DNA from: Rhodosorus marinus CCMP1338
Lineage: Eukaryota; Plantae; Rhodophyta
NCBI GenBank assembly: GCA_029953675.1
Contig: JAMWBK010000011.1
Location: 1,240,001 to 1,304,000 of the forward strand
Reading direction: 5' to 3'
DNA: 64,000 bases
Shown here: in pieces, positions 62,362-64,000 of the stretch
How the letters are laid out: each line of letters starts with the position of its first letter
Position numbering within the stretch: the first letter of the stretch is position 1
Made by a program: the position numbers and the translations under genes
Notes under the pieces: generated by a model
The model's input: only the letters and a program-made list of their open reading frames with translations
Databases searched by the model: none
What the model was told of the DNA's origin: nothing

Positions 62362-63051
62362 ATGGCCGCGAAGATGTTGATGATAGTCGCAGCAGCGATG
62401 CTGGCGATGAGCGCGTTTGGCGCTCCCGTTAAGTTGAATGATGCAGAGAGAATGTTCAACTTCCCCTGCAGTGGACGTGCAACTTACAAGGTCCAAGTCG
62501 ACTACCTCTGGACCGGAAGGACCCACCCCAACGCCTATCCTACTAACGGAAGGTTCTCCCCGACCGTCATTGCATCCCACGGAAAAGGATACACCCTCTG
62601 GACACCAATGGGCTACTCCACAAAGGGAGTTCAGGAGATTGCCGAGCTTGGACACCCCTACACTCTTATCAACGAACTTCGTGCTCGAAACTTCCGCAAC
62701 GTTTTCGACCGTAATATGACCGAGGACGAGACCGAGGACGGATCGGAGACCGTCGAGCTGTACATCGATGTCCAAGGTCGTCGTCCGTACGTATCTGGAA
62801 TCAGTATGCTCGTACCGAGTCCCGACTGGTTCACCGGCTTTGACAACGTCAACCTGTGCGACGTCGAGAACGGCGAGTTCTTGGAGTACTACGAGCAGAA
62901 CCTCAGCGTATGGGATGCTGGTACGGACGCTGGAGAGGACTTCCTCTCTGAGGACGAGAGGCAGAGGCCAAGAAACCCGATTGTTTCCATCCTGGGCAGC
63001 CGATTCGACGGCATCCCGGTTGGAACTGTCAAAATTACGAAGATGGCATAA
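62362..63051 (+). CDS. Secreted Spondin_N domain protein (copy 2)
   Basis: Same motifs; differs from copy 1 at 4 residues. Confidence 0.9.
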   Translation: MAAKMLMIVAAAMLAMSAFGAPVKLNDAERMFNFPCSGRATYKVQVDYLWTGRTHPNAYPTNGRFSPTVIASHGKGYTLWTPMGYSTKGVQEIAELGHPYTLINELRARNFRNVFDRNMTEDETEDGSETVELYIDVQGRRPYVSGISMLVPSPDWFTGFDNVNLCDVENGEFLEYYEQNLSVWDAGTDAGEDFLSEDERQRPRNPIVSILGSRFDGIPVGTVKITKMA

Positions 63052-64000
63052 GAGCTGGTTCACCAGCACGGGTGTGGCTCTTGTATAAAACCCCTTTTAT
63101 ATACTTTTTGTAGAGACATGGACTTTGCAATATAACGCTATTGGCTTCCACAAGCGAAGCCGTCTCGTTGTTGTTTACCCGTTTGAATCTTCTTTCATGG
63201 AGCATGAATGGTAGAGGTGCATTTTTCCCATTCCCGGCTAAAACCCCGGGATAACCATTAAAATTCACTTCTTACCCAGCCAAATGTTGAACGGACGCCC
63301 TGGAATCCTCCCCTATTCTCCACCATATTCGCACTAAACCTGCAGCACTACCCCAGATTTCTTCTTCTCCACCTAAGGTGGGGCAAAACCTTTGGCTACT
63401 TGACCGAACTCTACCATTTTACTGAGCGAGTTGAAGAGTTGAAAACCGCAGCAAGGGCGAGTACTATCTAGTTGATGATGGATTTCGAATGCCTACTTTC
63501 TCCTCGAAGAAATGTGAGAGAATTTCCTTGTTTTTCACCGAACCTGCCGAAGCCGTAGCACACCTAATCGGCGTTGTGAACAGGTGGGGAATCCGTTCAC
63601 CCAACACGGACGTCTAGCTCGCGGCTGAACCCGCGAGAACTGTCAACAAATGGATCTCTTGTGCGAACAGAGTTACCCCTTTCTTTTGCTTCCCATCCAA
63701 CTTTAAGCAGAAAGTAATTACTCTGCCCACCACCGCTATCGAAGGAAGGGGGGCCGGTGTGGGGTCGACGACAGGGAGGAGCTCAGAGTTCATCTCTACA
63801 CGAGTCTGAGCAAGACCTGTCTGAACTGTAAGCGTCGGGGCACCTCATAAAGGACTGTAAAGAACAGAGGAGCACTGAATCAGCAGGACCAAGGTACAGC
63901 GCAGCATTAAGGAGAACAAGCGTTGACACCACCTTGTCAACGGACTCAGGGGCATCGGATCATATGGTCAACGACGTGAACAGGGTCGCAACTGCTGAAT

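Larger units (their letters stand above)
58865..63378. repeat. Large inverted duplication (arms ~58865-60378 and ~61874-63378, spacer ~1.5 kb)
   Basis: The arms are reverse complements, including the whole Spondin_N gene, its promoter and 3' flank. Confidence 0.93.

Noticed and set aside
59181-63069. Long antisense ORFs (59181-59855 + and 62329-63069 -) over the Spondin_N genes
   Set aside because: They are shadow frames exactly overlapping a recognisable gene, explained by codon bias, with no domain signal.

Overview
Eukaryotic nuclear DNA with many short GT-AG introns (mostly about 65-115 nt). It is most likely from a red alga. That is inferred from N-terminal M..GFV...R..RM plastid transit peptides on MetRS and the DoxX-like proteins. 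Housekeeping genes: SmD1, GTP cyclohydrolase I, organellar MetRS and PNO1. Other single genes: a Slo/BK-family K+ channel whose S4 lacks arginines, a FAR1/FLYWCH-like zinc-finger protein and a small Ser/Val-repeat protein. Five locally expanded families: SDR oxidoreductases (3 intact, 1 pseudogene), NIF/FCP1-like phosphatases (2), DoxX-like proteins (3 intact, 1 chimera), ABM-like barrel proteins (3 intact, 2 decayed) and secreted Spondin_N proteins (2, in a ~1.5-kb-arm inverted repeat). A ~6-kb Ty1/Copia wreck at 16.1-22.0 kb holds an inverted, block-permuted copy of itself with microhomology junctions. Several hairpins and inverted repeats lie in intergenic DNA. All assignments come from manual motif recognition and hand splicing; no searches were run.
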